Source: Polyangiales bacterium (GTDB lineage Bacteria; Myxococcota_A; Polyangia; Polyangiales; Polyangiaceae). Taken from it: a stretch of DNA of 64,000 bases. Every line of letters starts with the position of its first letter. The stretch's first letter is position 1. Positions 25,110 through 36,800 of this stretch are shown piece by piece. The DNA lies in the NCBI GenBank assembly GCA_038231275.1, contig JBBRLQ010000004.1, positions 128,001 to 192,000 of the forward strand, read 5' to 3'. A model generated the notes under the pieces. That model saw only the letters and a list, made by a program, of their open reading frames with translations, was not told the origin of the DNA and did no database searches. A program made the translations under genes and the position numbers.

Positions 25110-27020
25110 GTGAGCTACCTCGTCCTCGCCCGCAAATACCGGCCGCAGACCTTCGAAGATCTCGTCGGCCAAGGGCACGTCGCGACCACCCTGGCGAACG
25201 CCATCGCGCAAGGGCGCGTCGCGCATGCGTTCTTGTTCACGGGTGTCCGAGGGGTGGGCAAGACGACGAGCGCGCGCCTCCTCGCCAAGTGCCTCAACTG
25301 CCTGGGCGCCGACGGCACAGCGAAGGGGCCTACCGCTACGCCATGCAACGCGTGTGCAGCTTGCAAGGAAATCGCCGCTGGCAACGACGTGGACGTCCAG
25401 GAGATCGACGGCGCCAGCTACAACGGCGTCGACGAGGTGCGCCGCCTCCAGGAGGGCCTGGCGTTCCGCCCCGCGCGCGATCGCTACAAGATCTACATCG
25501 TGGACGAGGTCCACATGCTCTCGAACGCGGCGTGGAACGCGTTCCTGAAGACGCTCGAGGAGCCGCCGCCGCACGTCAAATTCATCTTCGCGACGACCGA
25601 GGTGCACAAGGTCCCGATCACCATCTTGTCGCGTTGCCAGCGGTACGACTTCAAGCTCATCGCGACACAAACGATCGCCGCGCGCCTCCGCGAAGTGCTC
25701 GGGAACGAGAGCGTGGTGGCGGAGGACGGTGCGGTGGCGGTGATCGCGCGAGAGGCCGCCGGATCGATGCGCGACGCGATGAGCTTGCTCGATCAGGTGA
25801 TCGCGTTCAGCGGCACCAAGCTCACGGCCGAGGACGTCGCGCGCGTCCTCGGCGTCGCCGATCGCGAGATCCTGCACGAGCTCGCGACCGCGATGGTCGG
25901 CGGGGACGGCGCAGCGGCGCTCAAGGTCATCGACCGCCTCGCCCAGCAAGGCTTCGATCTGGCCCACGTCGCGCGCGACGTCCTGCGTCACCTGCGCAAC
26001 CTCGTCGTCGCCAAGGTGTGCGGCGAGGGTGGGAAGGAGCTGCTCGACCTGGCGGACGAGGAGTCGGCCGACGTGCACGCCCTCGCGAAGCGGACTGACG
26101 TAGACGATCTCTTGCGTCTCTATCAGGGGTTTTCCAAGGGCTTCGACGAGATCGCGAAGAGCGGTCAGCCCCGGACGGCGCTCGAGATGGCGCTCGTGCG
26201 CCTCACCCGTCGTCCCCCGCTGCTCCCCCTCGACGAGCTCCTCTCGCGGCTCGGAGATCTGGAGAAGCGCCTTGCTTCGGGCGTGCCTCCGCCGGCGCCG
26301 CGCGGAGGAGGCGCGCCAGGAGGGGGGGGCGGAGGGGGTCGCGCCACGAGCACGTCGGCGAGCGTCACACCGAGCATGTCCGGCGCGTCGTCGAGCGGTC
26401 CATCGAGCACGTCGTCGTTCGGAGCGCCGGGCGTCACACCGATGTCTGGTGGCGGATCGATGCACGGATCGCTCGCGCTCGCGGGCGATTCGGCTCATTT
26501 CGTCGCGCCGGCCGCCGCGGATGCCCTGCCGCTTCGCCGTCCGTCGGCTCCTCCTCCGCCCCCTCCCCAGCCCGCTCCCGCGCGCGCTCAGCTGGAACCG
26601 AAGCTCCCGCCGGTGCCGCCGGATCTCGACGCATGGCGCGCGATCCTCGATCGCGTCCGCGCCGCACGCCCTGCCCTCGCGTCGGTGCTCGAGCACGCTG
26701 CGCCGGTGGAGGTTCGCCCCGAGCGCGTCCTCCTCGGCTACGCGCCCGGCGATTTCCTCGGCACCCAGGTCGCCGAGGAGGAGTCTGCCTTGCTCCTGCA
26801 ACGCGAAGTGCGCGCTCACTTCGGCGTCGCCACGAAGGTCGAGCTGGACCTGTCGATGCGCACTCCGGTCGTCGCCACGGTCGCGAGCCTCGATGACGCC
26901 AAGCGCAAAGAAGCCCTCGCCAAGGCGCGCGCAGAGGTCGAAAACCATCCCCTGGTTCGCCACGCGATCGCGATCCTGGGCGCCGAGCTCCGTGAAGTAC
27001 GCCTCCCCGGCGGGGACTGA
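25110..27020 (+). CDS. dnaX: DNA polymerase III subunit gamma/tau
   Basis: YLVLARKYRPQTF, GVRGVGKTT, Zn-binding cysteines, IVDEVHML, LKTLEEPP, SRC; dnaX-ybaB-recR gene order. Confidence 0.97.
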   Translation: MSYLVLARKYRPQTFEDLVGQGHVATTLANAIAQGRVAHAFLFTGVRGVGKTTSARLLAKCLNCLGADGTAKGPTATPCNACAACKEIAAGNDVDVQEIDGASYNGVDEVRRLQEGLAFRPARDRYKIYIVDEVHMLSNAAWNAFLKTLEEPPPHVKFIFATTEVHKVPITILSRCQRYDFKLIATQTIAARLREVLGNESVVAEDGAVAVIAREAAGSMRDAMSLLDQVIAFSGTKLTAEDVARVLGVADREILHELATAMVGGDGAAALKVIDRLAQQGFDLAHVARDVLRHLRNLVVAKVCGEGGKELLDLADEESADVHALAKRTDVDDLLRLYQGFSKGFDEIAKSGQPRTALEMALVRLTRRPPLLPLDELLSRLGDLEKRLASGVPPPAPRGGGAPGGGGGGGRATSTSASVTPSMSGASSSGPSSTSSFGAPGVTPMSGGGSMHGSLALAGDSAHFVAPAAADALPLRRPSAPPPPPPQPAPARAQLEPKLPPVPPDLDAWRAILDRVRAARPALASVLEHAAPVEVRPERVLLGYAPGDFLGTQVAEEESALLLQREVRAHFGVATKVELDLSMRTPVVATVASLDDAKRKEALAKARAEVENHPLVRHAIAILGAELREVRLPGGD

Positions 27021-27041
27021 TTTCGAGTAAGAGGTTACGCC

Positions 27042-27365
27042 ATGCAATTTCGCGGTGGGATGAACGAGCTGATGCGCCAGGCCGCGCGCATGCAGCGCAA
27101 GATCGAGCAAGCGAAGAGCGAGCTCAAGGACAAGGAGCTCACCGCCTCGGCGGTCGGCGACAAAGTGAAGGCCACGGTCACCTACGGCCGCAAGGTCTCG
27201 CGCATCGAGGTCGATCCGGAGTTCTTGAAGAGCGAGGGCATCGAGCTCGTGCTCGACGGCATCGCCGCCGCGGTCAACGCCGCGATGGATCAGGCCGACA
27301 AGGCGATGGAGAGCGAGCTCGAGAAGGTCACCGGCGGCGTGAAGATCCCGGGCCTCACGACGTAG
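27042..27365 (+). CDS. ybaB: YbaB/EbfC nucleoid-associated protein
   Basis: MNELMRQAARMQ...AAVNAA...TGGVKIPGL; lies between dnaX and recR. Confidence 0.93.
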   Translation: MQFRGGMNELMRQAARMQRKIEQAKSELKDKELTASAVGDKVKATVTYGRKVSRIEVDPEFLKSEGIELVLDGIAAAVNAAMDQADKAMESELEKVTGGVKIPGLTT

Positions 27366-27375
27366 CGCCGGGCTC

Positions 27376-27987
27376 GTGCTCTCTCCTAAGCTCCGGCGCA
27401 TCACGCAGCTCTTGGCGCGCCTGCCGGGCGTCGGCGAGAAGACTGCCCAGCGCTACCTCATGTTCCTTTTGACGGCCGAGCCTGCGCTGGCGAGGGATCT
27501 CGCCGGCGAGCTGGCGGAGCTTCACGATCGCGTGCGGCCGTGCGTGCGCTGCGGCAACCTCGCGGACGTCGACGGCCCCGAACAGGAGGCGGTCTGCGCA
27601 ATCTGCCTGGACGGCAAGCGCGACCCTCACGTCCTCTGTGTCGTGGCGCGCGTGCACGACGTCGTCGCGATCGAGCGGGCCGGCAGCATGCGCGGGCGCT
27701 ATTTCGTGCTGGGTAAGCTGCTCTCGCCCCTCGAGGGGGTGGGTCCCGAGGAGCTGCCGATCCCGCGCCTCGCGAAGCGCGTCCGCGACGACGGCGTCAC
27801 CGAGGTGATCGTCGCGACGCCGCCGAGCGTCGACGGCGAGGCGACCGCGCTCCTCCTGAAGCGCGAGCTCGCGGCGCTCGGGGTCGCGATGACACGCATC
27901 GCCAGCGGCGTCCCGCACGGCGGCGATCTCGAGTTCGCCGACCCGATCACGATGGGCCGCGCCCTCGCCGGCCGCCAAAAGCTGTAG
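27376..27987 (+). CDS. recR: Recombination mediator RecR
   Basis: LPGVGEKTAQR, C4 zinc finger, LSPLEGVGP, DGEATA, TRIASGVPHGGDLEFAD. Confidence 0.96.
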   Translation: MLSPKLRRITQLLARLPGVGEKTAQRYLMFLLTAEPALARDLAGELAELHDRVRPCVRCGNLADVDGPEQEAVCAICLDGKRDPHVLCVVARVHDVVAIERAGSMRGRYFVLGKLLSPLEGVGPEELPIPRLAKRVRDDGVTEVIVATPPSVDGEATALLLKRELAALGVAMTRIASGVPHGGDLEFADPITMGRALAGRQKL

Positions 27988-27999
27988 TAGGAACACCCC

Positions 28000-28380
28000 G
28001 TGACCCCCATCGCCACCAAGAGCGCACCCGCCGCCATCGGACCGTACTCGCAGGCCGTCTCGCACGGCGGCTTCGTCTTCTTGAGTGGGCAAATCCCGCT
28101 CGATCCCGCCACCGGCGAGCTCGTGAAGGGCACGATCGTGGAGGAGACGACGCGCGTGCTCGACAACCTCGCCGCGGTCCTGGAGGCCGCGGGTTGCACG
28201 TTCGCGAGCGTCGCGCGGACGACGATTTACCTGACGAGCCTGGCCGACTTTCAGGCCGTGAACGAGACGTACGGCAAGCGTTTCAGCGGGACGTTCCCGG
28301 CGCGCGCCACCGTGCAGGTCGCGGCACTTCCGCGTGGCGCGCGCGTCGAGATCGACGCGATCGCGATCACTGCTTCTTGA
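28000..28380 (+). CDS. ridA: RidA/YjgF/UK114 enamine-imine deaminase
   Basis: APAAIGPYSQA, SGQIPLDP, PARATVQVAALPRGARVEID. Confidence 0.93.
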   Translation: MTPIATKSAPAAIGPYSQAVSHGGFVFLSGQIPLDPATGELVKGTIVEETTRVLDNLAAVLEAAGCTFASVARTTIYLTSLADFQAVNETYGKRFSGTFPARATVQVAALPRGARVEIDAIAITAS

Positions 28381-29155
28381 GCGTGACGTCGCCGAGCTCG
28401 GTCGAGACCGTGATCGACTTGGCGCCGCCGGCCTTGCGGTTCGCGCTGGTCGCCTGAAGCACGTCGGGGAAATCCGTCGTGATGACCTTCCCGGAGCCGC
28501 CGGGCGTCATCGTGACGGTGTCCGCGGTGAAGCTCGACGGCACCGAGAGGGTCGCGTCGCCATTGCCGCTCGAGACGGCGACGGAGGCGCCGACACCCGG
28601 CGTGACGCTGGCGGTGGCGTTGCCGTTGTCGGTATGGATGATGGCGGCGCCGTTGAGGCCCGTGGCCGAGATCTCTCCGTTGTGCGACGTGGCCTTGAGG
28701 TTCAACCCGGCGGTGGCCGTGCCCGAGGGCACCGTCACGGTGAAGCCCTCACACGTGCTCGTGCCGGAGGCGGCGGTGCCATGCGCGCTCTTCGCGGTGC
28801 TGCAGTGGACGTAGAACTTGCCGGTCGACTCGTCGATCGCGATGGTGCTGGTGACGTCCGCGATCGCGGCGTCGCCGTCGGCCTGCGTGTCCGCAAAGGC
28901 GGCGACCTTGGTGGAGATGGAGACCGTCGTCGCCGACGCGCTGCCGGTGACGATCACGTCGCCGTTGGCGTTCTCGATCTCGATCACGTCGCCGGCCGCG
29001 AACGCGCGCGTGGCGGTCTTGGTCACCGCGTTGGCGCCGATGAATTTGGTCTGCGGCTTGATGGTGACCGACGCGTTGCAGCCCGCGATGAGCGCGAGGC
29101 CGGTGACGGTGGCGGTGAGAAAGAGCGAACGGGAAGCGAAAGGCGAGCTGCGCAT
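28367..29155 (-). CDS. DUF4097/adhesin-like beta-strand-repeat lipoprotein
   Basis: Lipobox IAGC; repeated NGDV, HNGEI, DNGNA, GNGDA, ELGDV turns; Thr/Ser-rich. Confidence 0.7.
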   Translation of the reverse strand: MRSSPFASRSLFLTATVTGLALIAGCNASVTIKPQTKFIGANAVTKTATRAFAAGDVIEIENANGDVIVTGSASATTVSISTKVAAFADTQADGDAAIADVTSTIAIDESTGKFYVHCSTAKSAHGTAASGTSTCEGFTVTVPSGTATAGLNLKATSHNGEISATGLNGAAIIHTDNGNATASVTPGVGASVAVSSGNGDATLSVPSSFTADTVTMTPGGSGKVITTDFPDVLQATSANRKAGGAKSITVSTELGDVTLKKQ

Positions 29156-29272
29156 GGCGGTGGCGTTCTCCTCGGGCGGGTTGGACGCCCGTTGCGCATG
29201 TTCGATTCAAAACGGGGGCGCGGGCAATCTCCACACGGTCAGCGCGTCCGAGCACCGAGCGGCACCCGATAG

Positions 29273-29308
29273 AACGAACGTTCGTTTAAATAACAACGAA
29301 CGTTCGTT
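29273..29308. promoter_or_regulatory. Tandem perfect 14-bp palindromes (candidate repressor operators)
   Basis: AACGAACGTTCGTT at 29273-29286 and 29295-29308 in an AT-rich patch upstream of the DUF4097-like gene. Confidence 0.75.
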
Positions 29309-29335
29309 TGCTTTCTTATGTGAGCAAAGTTGGCG

Positions 29336-30187
29336 TTATTTTTGAGATAACGCGAGCGCGCGATACGCGGTGTGGACCTGCGCCGTGACCGCACCCGGGC
29401 GACCCCCGCCAATCGGGCGACCGTCCACCGCGACGACACCGACTACCTCTCGGATGCTCGACGTGACGAACACCTCGTCGGCCGCGTAGAGATCCTCCGG
29501 GAGCAGCACCGCGGTCTCCACCGTCACCGCATCCATCACGAGCGCCCGCGTAATTCCGAGCAGCAGCCCGACCTCTTCGCCCGGCGTGCGGATGACGCCA
29601 TCCTTCACCGCGAACACGTTCGACGTCGTGCCCTCGACGACCCGACGCGCGGCGTCGAGCAAGATCGCCTCGTGTGCCCCCTGGGCCTTCGCGTCCGCGA
29701 GCGCGAGGATCGACGCCAAATAGCTCGTCACCTTGGCGCCCGCCGCTCCTGTCCCGTCGGCGGCGCGCAGGGTCGTCGACGTCACCGCGCGGATGCCAAC
29801 GTCGTACGCCGGCGGCGGAGGGAGCGGCTCGACGAGGATGACGAGCGTGGGCGTCGTCGCGAGATCCATGTCGAGGCCGAGCGGCGCGGTTCCTCGCGTC
29901 AACATCACGCGCGCGAAGCCGTCGTCGGACGGGGTCTCGCGCGCGGCGGCGAAGGCGGCCATGATGCGTTCGCGCGCTCCGTCTTCACCGCCAGGGACGG
30001 CCATGCGCAGGCGCGCCGCGCTCCGGGCGAGGCGCGCGACGTGGGCGTCGAGCGCGCACGGCACACCGCCGTAGGTCCGCAGCGTCTCGAAGACGGCGTC
30101 GCCGTAGAGAAACCCGCGATCGTAGACCGATACGGACGCGGCCTCCGGAGCAGCGATGCGGCCGTCGAGGCTCACGAGGCGGCGCAT
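29336..30187 (-). CDS. PLP-dependent class IV aminotransferase (IlvE/PabC/D-amino acid transaminase family)
   Basis: DRGFLYGDAVFETLR, HVARLARSA, AKVTSY, EGTTSNVF, LLGITR, DEVFVTSS. Start re-set to the ATG at 30187. Confidence 0.92.
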   Translation of the reverse strand: MRRLVSLDGRIAAPEAASVSVYDRGFLYGDAVFETLRTYGGVPCALDAHVARLARSAARLRMAVPGGEDGARERIMAAFAAARETPSDDGFARVMLTRGTAPLGLDMDLATTPTLVILVEPLPPPPAYDVGIRAVTSTTLRAADGTGAAGAKVTSYLASILALADAKAQGAHEAILLDAARRVVEGTTSNVFAVKDGVIRTPGEEVGLLLGITRALVMDAVTVETAVLLPEDLYAADEVFVTSSIREVVGVVAVDGRPIGGGRPGAVTAQVHTAYRALALSQK

Positions 30188-30813
30188 GTCACCTCCGTCC
30201 CCGCGCGCGCCGGTTCCGCCGCAGCGCGGTTGACCGCTGCGATCGCGGCCTCCAAGCGGTCGCGCGCGTCGGGGGTCGCCGGCTCGAGCGGCGCGCCGAG
30301 AACGACGGTGACGCGCGTGAACGGCCACGCGATCGCGAACCTATCCCATGCGCCACGCAGCACCAGGCCGCGGGTCATCGCGCTCCCCATAGGGACGAGC
30401 ACCGCGCCCGTCGCGCGCGCGGCGAGGATCGCTCCAGCCTTCACGACGCCGTACGGTCCACGCGGCCCGTCCACCGCAAACGCGGCGTCGGCGCGCCCTC
30501 GCTTCATCGCGCGAACGAGCGCCGCGAGACCACGCGCGCCGCCGCGCGAGCTCGATCCCCGCACGATCGACAGACCCTGCAGCCGCAGCGCCCGCGATTG
30601 AAGCTCGCCGTCGGCGGAGAGGCTCACGAGCACCACGGTTGGCCCGCGCCTTCGCCACGCGAGCAGCGGCCACTGCGTGCCGTGCAGGAACGAGAGCACC
30701 CACGGCCGGTCCGACGCCGCCGCGAGCGCCGGATCGATCACGACCCGAACCCGCAGCGTCGCCAGCCAGATCCGCGCGACGACACCGAGGAGCACCCCGA
30801 GCAGCGCCCTCAT
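30172..30813 (-). CDS. DUF374 / lysophospholipid acyltransferase family protein (LpxJ-related)
   Basis: SFLHG, VSLSADGE, VRGSSSRGG, AVDGPRGP, AWDRFAIAWPF. Confidence 0.88.
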   Translation of the reverse strand: MRALLGVLLGVVARIWLATLRVRVVIDPALAAASDRPWVLSFLHGTQWPLLAWRRRGPTVVLVSLSADGELQSRALRLQGLSIVRGSSSRGGARGLAALVRAMKRGRADAAFAVDGPRGPYGVVKAGAILAARATGAVLVPMGSAMTRGLVLRGAWDRFAIAWPFTRVTVVLGAPLEPATPDARDRLEAAIAAVNRAAAEPARAGTEVTCAAS

Positions 30814-30820
30814 CGCCGCG

Positions 30821-33800
30821 TCAGCCCTTGAGCTCCGTGAGCATCACCTTCGCCCGGTCGAGGCTTGGCTCGTTCTCAATCGCGCGCTTCAGCATCTCGA
30901 CCGCGCGGACCTTGTCACCCTGCTTCGCGCTGATCTCGCCGAGGTAATAGAATACCTCGCCCTTGGAGATGCCCGCCTTCGCGTCGAGGCGCTGCCCCTG
31001 GAGGAGGAGCGCCTTGAACGTCTTCTGCGCGCGCTCCAGATCGTTGGACTCGAGCGCGAGGACCCCGAGATCACGAAGGACCGCGATGCTCCCGGGATCG
31101 ATCTTGAACGCCATGTCGAACTGCGTGAGCGCCACGTCCTTGTCGCCGAGCTGCGCGAGGGCCTTTCCCAAACGGTGGTGATAAAGGCTCAGCTCCTTGA
31201 CGCGGCGGTTGCCGTACGACGCGATCACCTTCTCCAGCACCTGCGCGGCGTCGCGCTCGCGCTTGGCGGCCGTGTACGCGTCGACCAGCTGGATGAGCAG
31301 CTCGCGATCTTGGGGGATGAGCGAGGAGGCGCGCTCGAGGAGCGGCACCGCGTCGCCCGGCTCCTTGCGCTCGCTGACGTGGATCTCGGCGGCGCGGCGG
31401 AGGAGTCGCACCACGTCGGCGGTGGCAGCGGCGGGAGGCGCCACCGAGCCTGGCGCCGAAGGACGCTCGGACACAGGCGTCGGCGCCGGCGGCGCGACCT
31501 CGGGGTGATCCGAAGCCACGAGGTTGGCGTCGCCCACGAGCATGTCCGCGAGCTCGCCCCACTTCTTGCCCTTCTCGTAGAGCTCGCGCAGGCGCGCGCG
31601 AACCTCTTGGTTCTTCGCGTCGAGCTCCAGCGCCTTTCGCAACGCGTCCTCGACGCCCGGACCGTCCTCCAGCTTGCCCCGCGCGGCGGCGAGCCTCAGG
31701 GCCAGGGCCACGCCATCGGCGCCGCTCGTCTGCGCGAGCAAATCCAAGAGCGCTTTGGACGCACGCTCCCACGCGCCCCGACCCTCGGCGAGACGCGCGA
31801 CGGCCTCGAGCGCGCCGCGATGCCCAGGATCGCGCGTGAGGACCGCCTCATACGTCTCGAGCGCACGCGTCGTATCCTTGAGGCGCCCCTCGTAGACCTC
31901 GCCGAGCCGGACGGTAAGCGTCAATTCGGCCGCCGCGTCCGCGCGTCCCTTGGCGTGCTTGATCTGAGCGTCGAGGAGCTCGGCGAGATCCTCGTCCTTG
32001 CCGCCCTTCTCGTAGAGCTCCGAGAGCGCCAAGACCGCGCGCTCGTGGGTCGGCTCTTCGTCGAGGATCGCGCGGAGCGTGTCGATCGCATCGCTCGGGC
32101 TCTTGAATCGCTCTTCCTGCAGCTTGGCGAGGTCGAGCCGCACGGTCGCGCGCGCCGCAGCCGACTTTGCGTTGTCGATCAAGTGCTCGAGCAGCTTGCC
32201 CAGCTCCTTCTCTTTGCCGGCGGCGCCGTAGAGCGCACGGAGGCGCGTCGCCGCTTCTTCGTCAGTCGGCTCGTGCTCGAGGATCTCCTCGTATAGGCCG
32301 ATCGCGCGCGGCGCGTCGGAGAGCTCGCCCGCGGCGATGGTCGCAGCGCGGTGCTTGAGCGCGATCTGCTGCGGCACTTCCTCCGCGAGCTCGGCGCGGC
32401 GGAGCAGAAGCTTCACGACCTCGGCGAAGTCCCCGGCCGCCTCGCGAAGCTTGCCGAGCTCCTCGAGGGCCCAGCCGTTCGTGTCCTCTTCGGTGAGCAG
32501 ATCACGGAGGACGGCCTCCGCGAGCGCGCGATCGCCCACGATGGTCTCGGCGAGCACCTTGGCCTCCTCGAGGATGCCGCGCTTCTCCGAGAGGCTGGCC
32601 TCGAGGCCGGCGCGCGCGCGGAGCGTCGCGACGAGCTCCCGTTCGCGACCCGGCGCGCGCTGCAATGCCTCGATCGCCCGCAAAATCTCGGCGTTCTCGG
32701 GATCGCCCTCGAGCGCGTGGCCGAACGAGTCCTCCGCCGATCGCAGATCGGACAAGTGCGCCTTCTGCCAACCGGCGACGCGCACCCAAAGCTCCGAGCG
32801 CGTTCCGCTCGGCACGTCGCGTGAGGTCGTGAGCGCGGCAGCCATCGCCGCCGTCGCTTCCTTCCAGCCGTTCGACCCGGCGGCGAGCCGCTCGAGCTCC
32901 GGCAAGGCGTCCGCGTCCGAAGGATCCTCGGCGATCTGCTCCTCGACGACCTTACGGGCGCGCGCGGCGTCGCCGACCTTCTTCTCGAGCACGACGGCCA
33001 GATCCAGCCGCGCGCGCGACCGATCGCGGACGTTGGTAGCGCGCGTGACCTTGCGACCGTAGAGCGCCGCGAGCTCCTCGTTTTTGTCGAGCGCGCGGTA
33101 CACCATCTCGAGCGCGTCGAACGCGTCGTCGAACAGGGCGTCGTCCGAGAGCAGCCCCTCGATCGCCGCGCGGCTCGCCGCGTGCTCGGGCGCCTTCTCC
33201 AGCGCGGATCGCAGCGTCCCGAGACCCTGCTGCTTCTCGCCAAACTCAGAGATCTGGAGCACCGCGAGGCGGTGGAAGAGATCGGCCTGGACGGCAGCGT
33301 CGGACTCCAGGCCCACGCGACGCTCGAGGACGTCGGCGAGCATCCGCGTGTCGCCGAGCCGGGCGTAGAGCCGGTCGAGCGCGCCGAGCGTCGCCGCGCC
33401 GTCGCCTGCCTGCTCGACCGCTTGGGCGTAGGCCTTCGCCGCGCGCGCGTCGTCGTGGAGTTTCTCTTCGGCCACGCGACCGAGGCGGACATAGAGATCG
33501 GTGGTGATGGCGACGTCGAACACCGCCGTCGCGCGCTCGCCGAGGGCGTCGGCGTAGCTGCGCCACGCGTCGTCGCTTCCCTGCCCGGCCAAGCGCTCGA
33601 TCTCCTCGTGCAGCTCCGCGCGCATCGGCTCCTCGGCGAGCGCGCGCAGCAAGGCACCAAGCGCGCGCTTCGAATCGCCGAGGTGGCTCTCCGACACGCC
33701 AGCAAGCGCCCGCAGCGTCGCACCGCGCTCCGAGGGCTCGGTCTGCGCGCGCAGGCGCATCTCGAGGATCGACGCGACGTCGGCCCAGCGCGACGACGCG

Positions 33801-36800
33801 CGTAGCACGGGCTCGAGAGCATCGGCTGCCTCGGCGCGAAGCTCGTCGCGGGTCTCGCCAATCTTCCGGAGCGCGTCGAACGCCTCCTCGTCGAAGCCGG
33901 TGGCCAGCACCTTCCGGAACGACGCGAGGGCGCCCGCAGCGTCGTCGAGCTCCGCGTCGAGGAGGTGCCCGATGCGCTTCTCGATCGTATTTCGCGCCGC
34001 GTCACCGGACGCCGCCGCGGCCTGCTGCTGCAAGTTCTCCAGCAGCTCCGGCCACATCTTCTCGCGCGTGTAGAGATCGTCGAGGCGCTTCAGCACCTCC
34101 GGATCCCCAGGACGGATCTGGAGCGCATCGACGAGGAGGCGCACCGCCTCGCGACGGTCGCCGAGCCCGAGCTCATAGCGGTTGGCGGAGTCCACGAGGA
34201 GCTGGAATTTCAGTCCTGCGTCGTCCTCACCGCACAGCTCCACCCGCCGGCGGTAGAGGTCGATGAGCCGGGGCGCGTCGTTCTTCGCCTCGTGCAGCGT
34301 GATGAGGTTGTCGATTGTGAACGCGCTGTCGGGCTCGAGCTCGAGGGCGCGCTCGTACGCGTCGATCGCGCCGGGGGCGTCGTCGAGCATGTCGCGCTTC
34401 GCCTCGCCCACGCGACGCCACAGACTCGCGCGGTCCTCGTCGTTCCCCGAGAGCTCCGCGCGGCGGACGAGCACGCGCACGACCGCCGGCCAATCGCTCA
34501 GGAGCGTCGCCAGCTGGTCCATCTGCTCGAGCGGCTCCGGATCGGACTCGTCGAGCTTCAGGAGCCGATCGTAGGCCTCGAGCGCGCGGCGCGGATCGTC
34601 GCGGCGCTTGTCGTGGAGCTGCGCGAGCGCCAAGAGGAGCTCTTTCTGTCCGGGCCCTTCCAGCTGCGCGATGCCGCTCTCGTACGCGCTCGCGAGGTGA
34701 TCCCATCGCTTCGTGACGCCGCCGAGCCGATCGAGCTCCCCGCGCGCGTCGCCGTCCTCGGGATCGAGCGAGAAGGCCCGCACCATCGCCTCGAACGCCT
34801 TCGCGGCGTCCTTGCCGCGCTCTTCCCAGAGCTTCGCCGTCTCGCGCAGGATCGCGACCTTGTCGCTCGCGTCGGACGCGAGGCCGAGCCGCTCGTCGTT
34901 CACCAGGATGAGGTGACGCCAGTCGTCGGCCTTCTCGTAGATGGGACGAAGGAGCTCGACGATGCGCGCCTTGTGCTCCGGCGTCGCGAGGAGCGCCTCG
35001 AGCGCTTTCACGGCCTGCGCGCCGACGCCGCCGTCGCCCGGCGGCGCGAGATCCACGACGGCTTGGTACTCGTCGATCGCCGCGGTCGGCTCGGCGAGGC
35101 GATCCTTCAAGATGGTGCCGAGCTCGAGGCGGAACTTCGCCTCGTCCTCGGGCAGCGCGCTCTGCTCGGCGCGTTTTCGGCTCAAATCGGCCAGATCGCG
35201 CCAGCGACCGCGACGAGCATACAGTCGCGTGAGCGCCTCGAGCGAAGGACCGTCAGCGTCGTCGACCTCGATCGCCGCGCGATGGGTCTCGATGGCCTCG
35301 TCGTCGCTCGACAGATCCATCTCCTGGATCCTCGCGATCGTGTGCAGCGTCTCGAGGCGTTGCGCTGGCTCGTCGCGGTAGTCGAGCGCCGAGCGGTACA
35401 GCTCGACGCGATCGGCCGGGCGGGCGGCCTTGGTGAGGAGCCGGTCGATCGCGTCGAAGGACGCCTGATCTTCGTCCGGCGCGAAGGCGTGGGCGCGGCG
35501 GTAGAAGACGAGCGCGCGCTCCGGCTTCGCGTGACGCTCGTACAGCTCGCCGGTGCGCTTCGCCAGCTTCGCGGTCGCCGGCTCGTCGGTCGTGAGCTTC
35601 TCGAGCTCGCTCGCGAAGATGTCCGCCAAGCGATCCTCGGCGTTGGCGACGCGCGCGAGCCTCTCGAGCTCCGCCCAAGTGACCTCGTCGGTCACGTCCT
35701 CGGCGAAGAGCTGCGCCGTCACGTCGAGCGCCGCCGAGTAGCTCTCCTCTTGTTCCTCGTGCAGCTTCACGAGACGGCGGAGCAGCGTCCTGCGCTCGTC
35801 GGGGTCCTCGCTCGACTCGAGGCGAACCTCGAGCGACCGCATGACCTTGCGCCAATCGAGGCGCGCCAAGTAAACGGTCTCGAGCATCGTCGCGGCGCGC
35901 GCGGCGTGCGGCTTGTCGCCCATGAGGCGCTCCAGCGCCTTGACCGCTGGCTCGTAGCCCTCACCCTTGAGCGCCGCTTCGTACTCGTCGAACGCGCGAT
36001 CGATGTCGCGCATGCGGGTCTCGTAGGTCTCACCGAGCTTGTGATGCAGCTCCGCCTGGCGCTCCGCAGGAACACCGGCCGCGGCGAGCTGACGCTCGTA
36101 GAGCTGCACGAGCTCCTCGAAGCGCTCGGCCTGCGCGTAGAGCCGCTCGAGGGCGAGCGTCGCCTCCGGCTCCATCGTCAGATCCAGGATGTCCTCGTAC
36201 GTCTCGATCGCGGCGCGGCGATCGTGCAGCGTCTCGTCGCAGAGCTTCGCCTGCCTGTAGAGGATGGCCTTCTTCTCGTCGTCGGTCGCGGCGGCCTCGG
36301 CGCGTCGCTTCAGGATGTCGAGCAGGGCCGGCGCGTCGCTCGCCTCTCCATAGAGGGCCTCGAGGGCCGTCAGAGCGCGGCGATCGTCGCCTCGCAGCTC
36401 GAGGGCCTTCACGTAGTACGTGCGCGAGCGCTCCGCGTCGTGGAGCTTTTCGCGCGAGCGCGCCGCGATCTCGACGAGGACGTCGAGCTGCAGCTCACCG
36501 TCGAGGATGTCGGGCGCGATCCCGCTCAGGAGCTCGACGAGATCGCTCCAGCGCTGCGTCGCCTCGGCCAATCGCTCTGCGCGCTCGAGCCACGCGCGGA
36601 ACGTCGGCTCTCCCGAGGCCTCACGAAGCGCGCGCGAGACGTACCCGAAGGCGCGCTGCGGATCGGCGAGCGGCCCCTCCGCCACGTTGGCCGCGAGCGA
36701 GATCGTCTCGAGCTTCTCCTCGATCGACGCCGCGTACTCGGTCTCGATGTCGAGCACGCGCAAGAAGCGCATGTGATCCTTCTCGGCCTCGTACAGCGGG

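Noticed and set aside
26322..26329. G8 run in dnaX after the clamp-loader core as a gamma/tau frameshift site
   Set aside because: It encodes a poly-Gly linker. I found no nearby stop in the -1 frame and the +1 frame stays open to 27030, so no short gamma-like product is predicted.
24336..27404. 1022-aa minus-strand ORF
   Set aside because: Only the last ~232 codons (Sel1 lipoprotein) look real; the rest is antisense to dnaX and ybaB.
29273..29308. Gram-positive-type LexA box or mini-CRISPR
   Set aside because: That SOS box needs CGAAC-N4-GTTCG and here the spacer is zero. Two 14-bp units with an 8-nt gap and no cas genes are not a CRISPR array.
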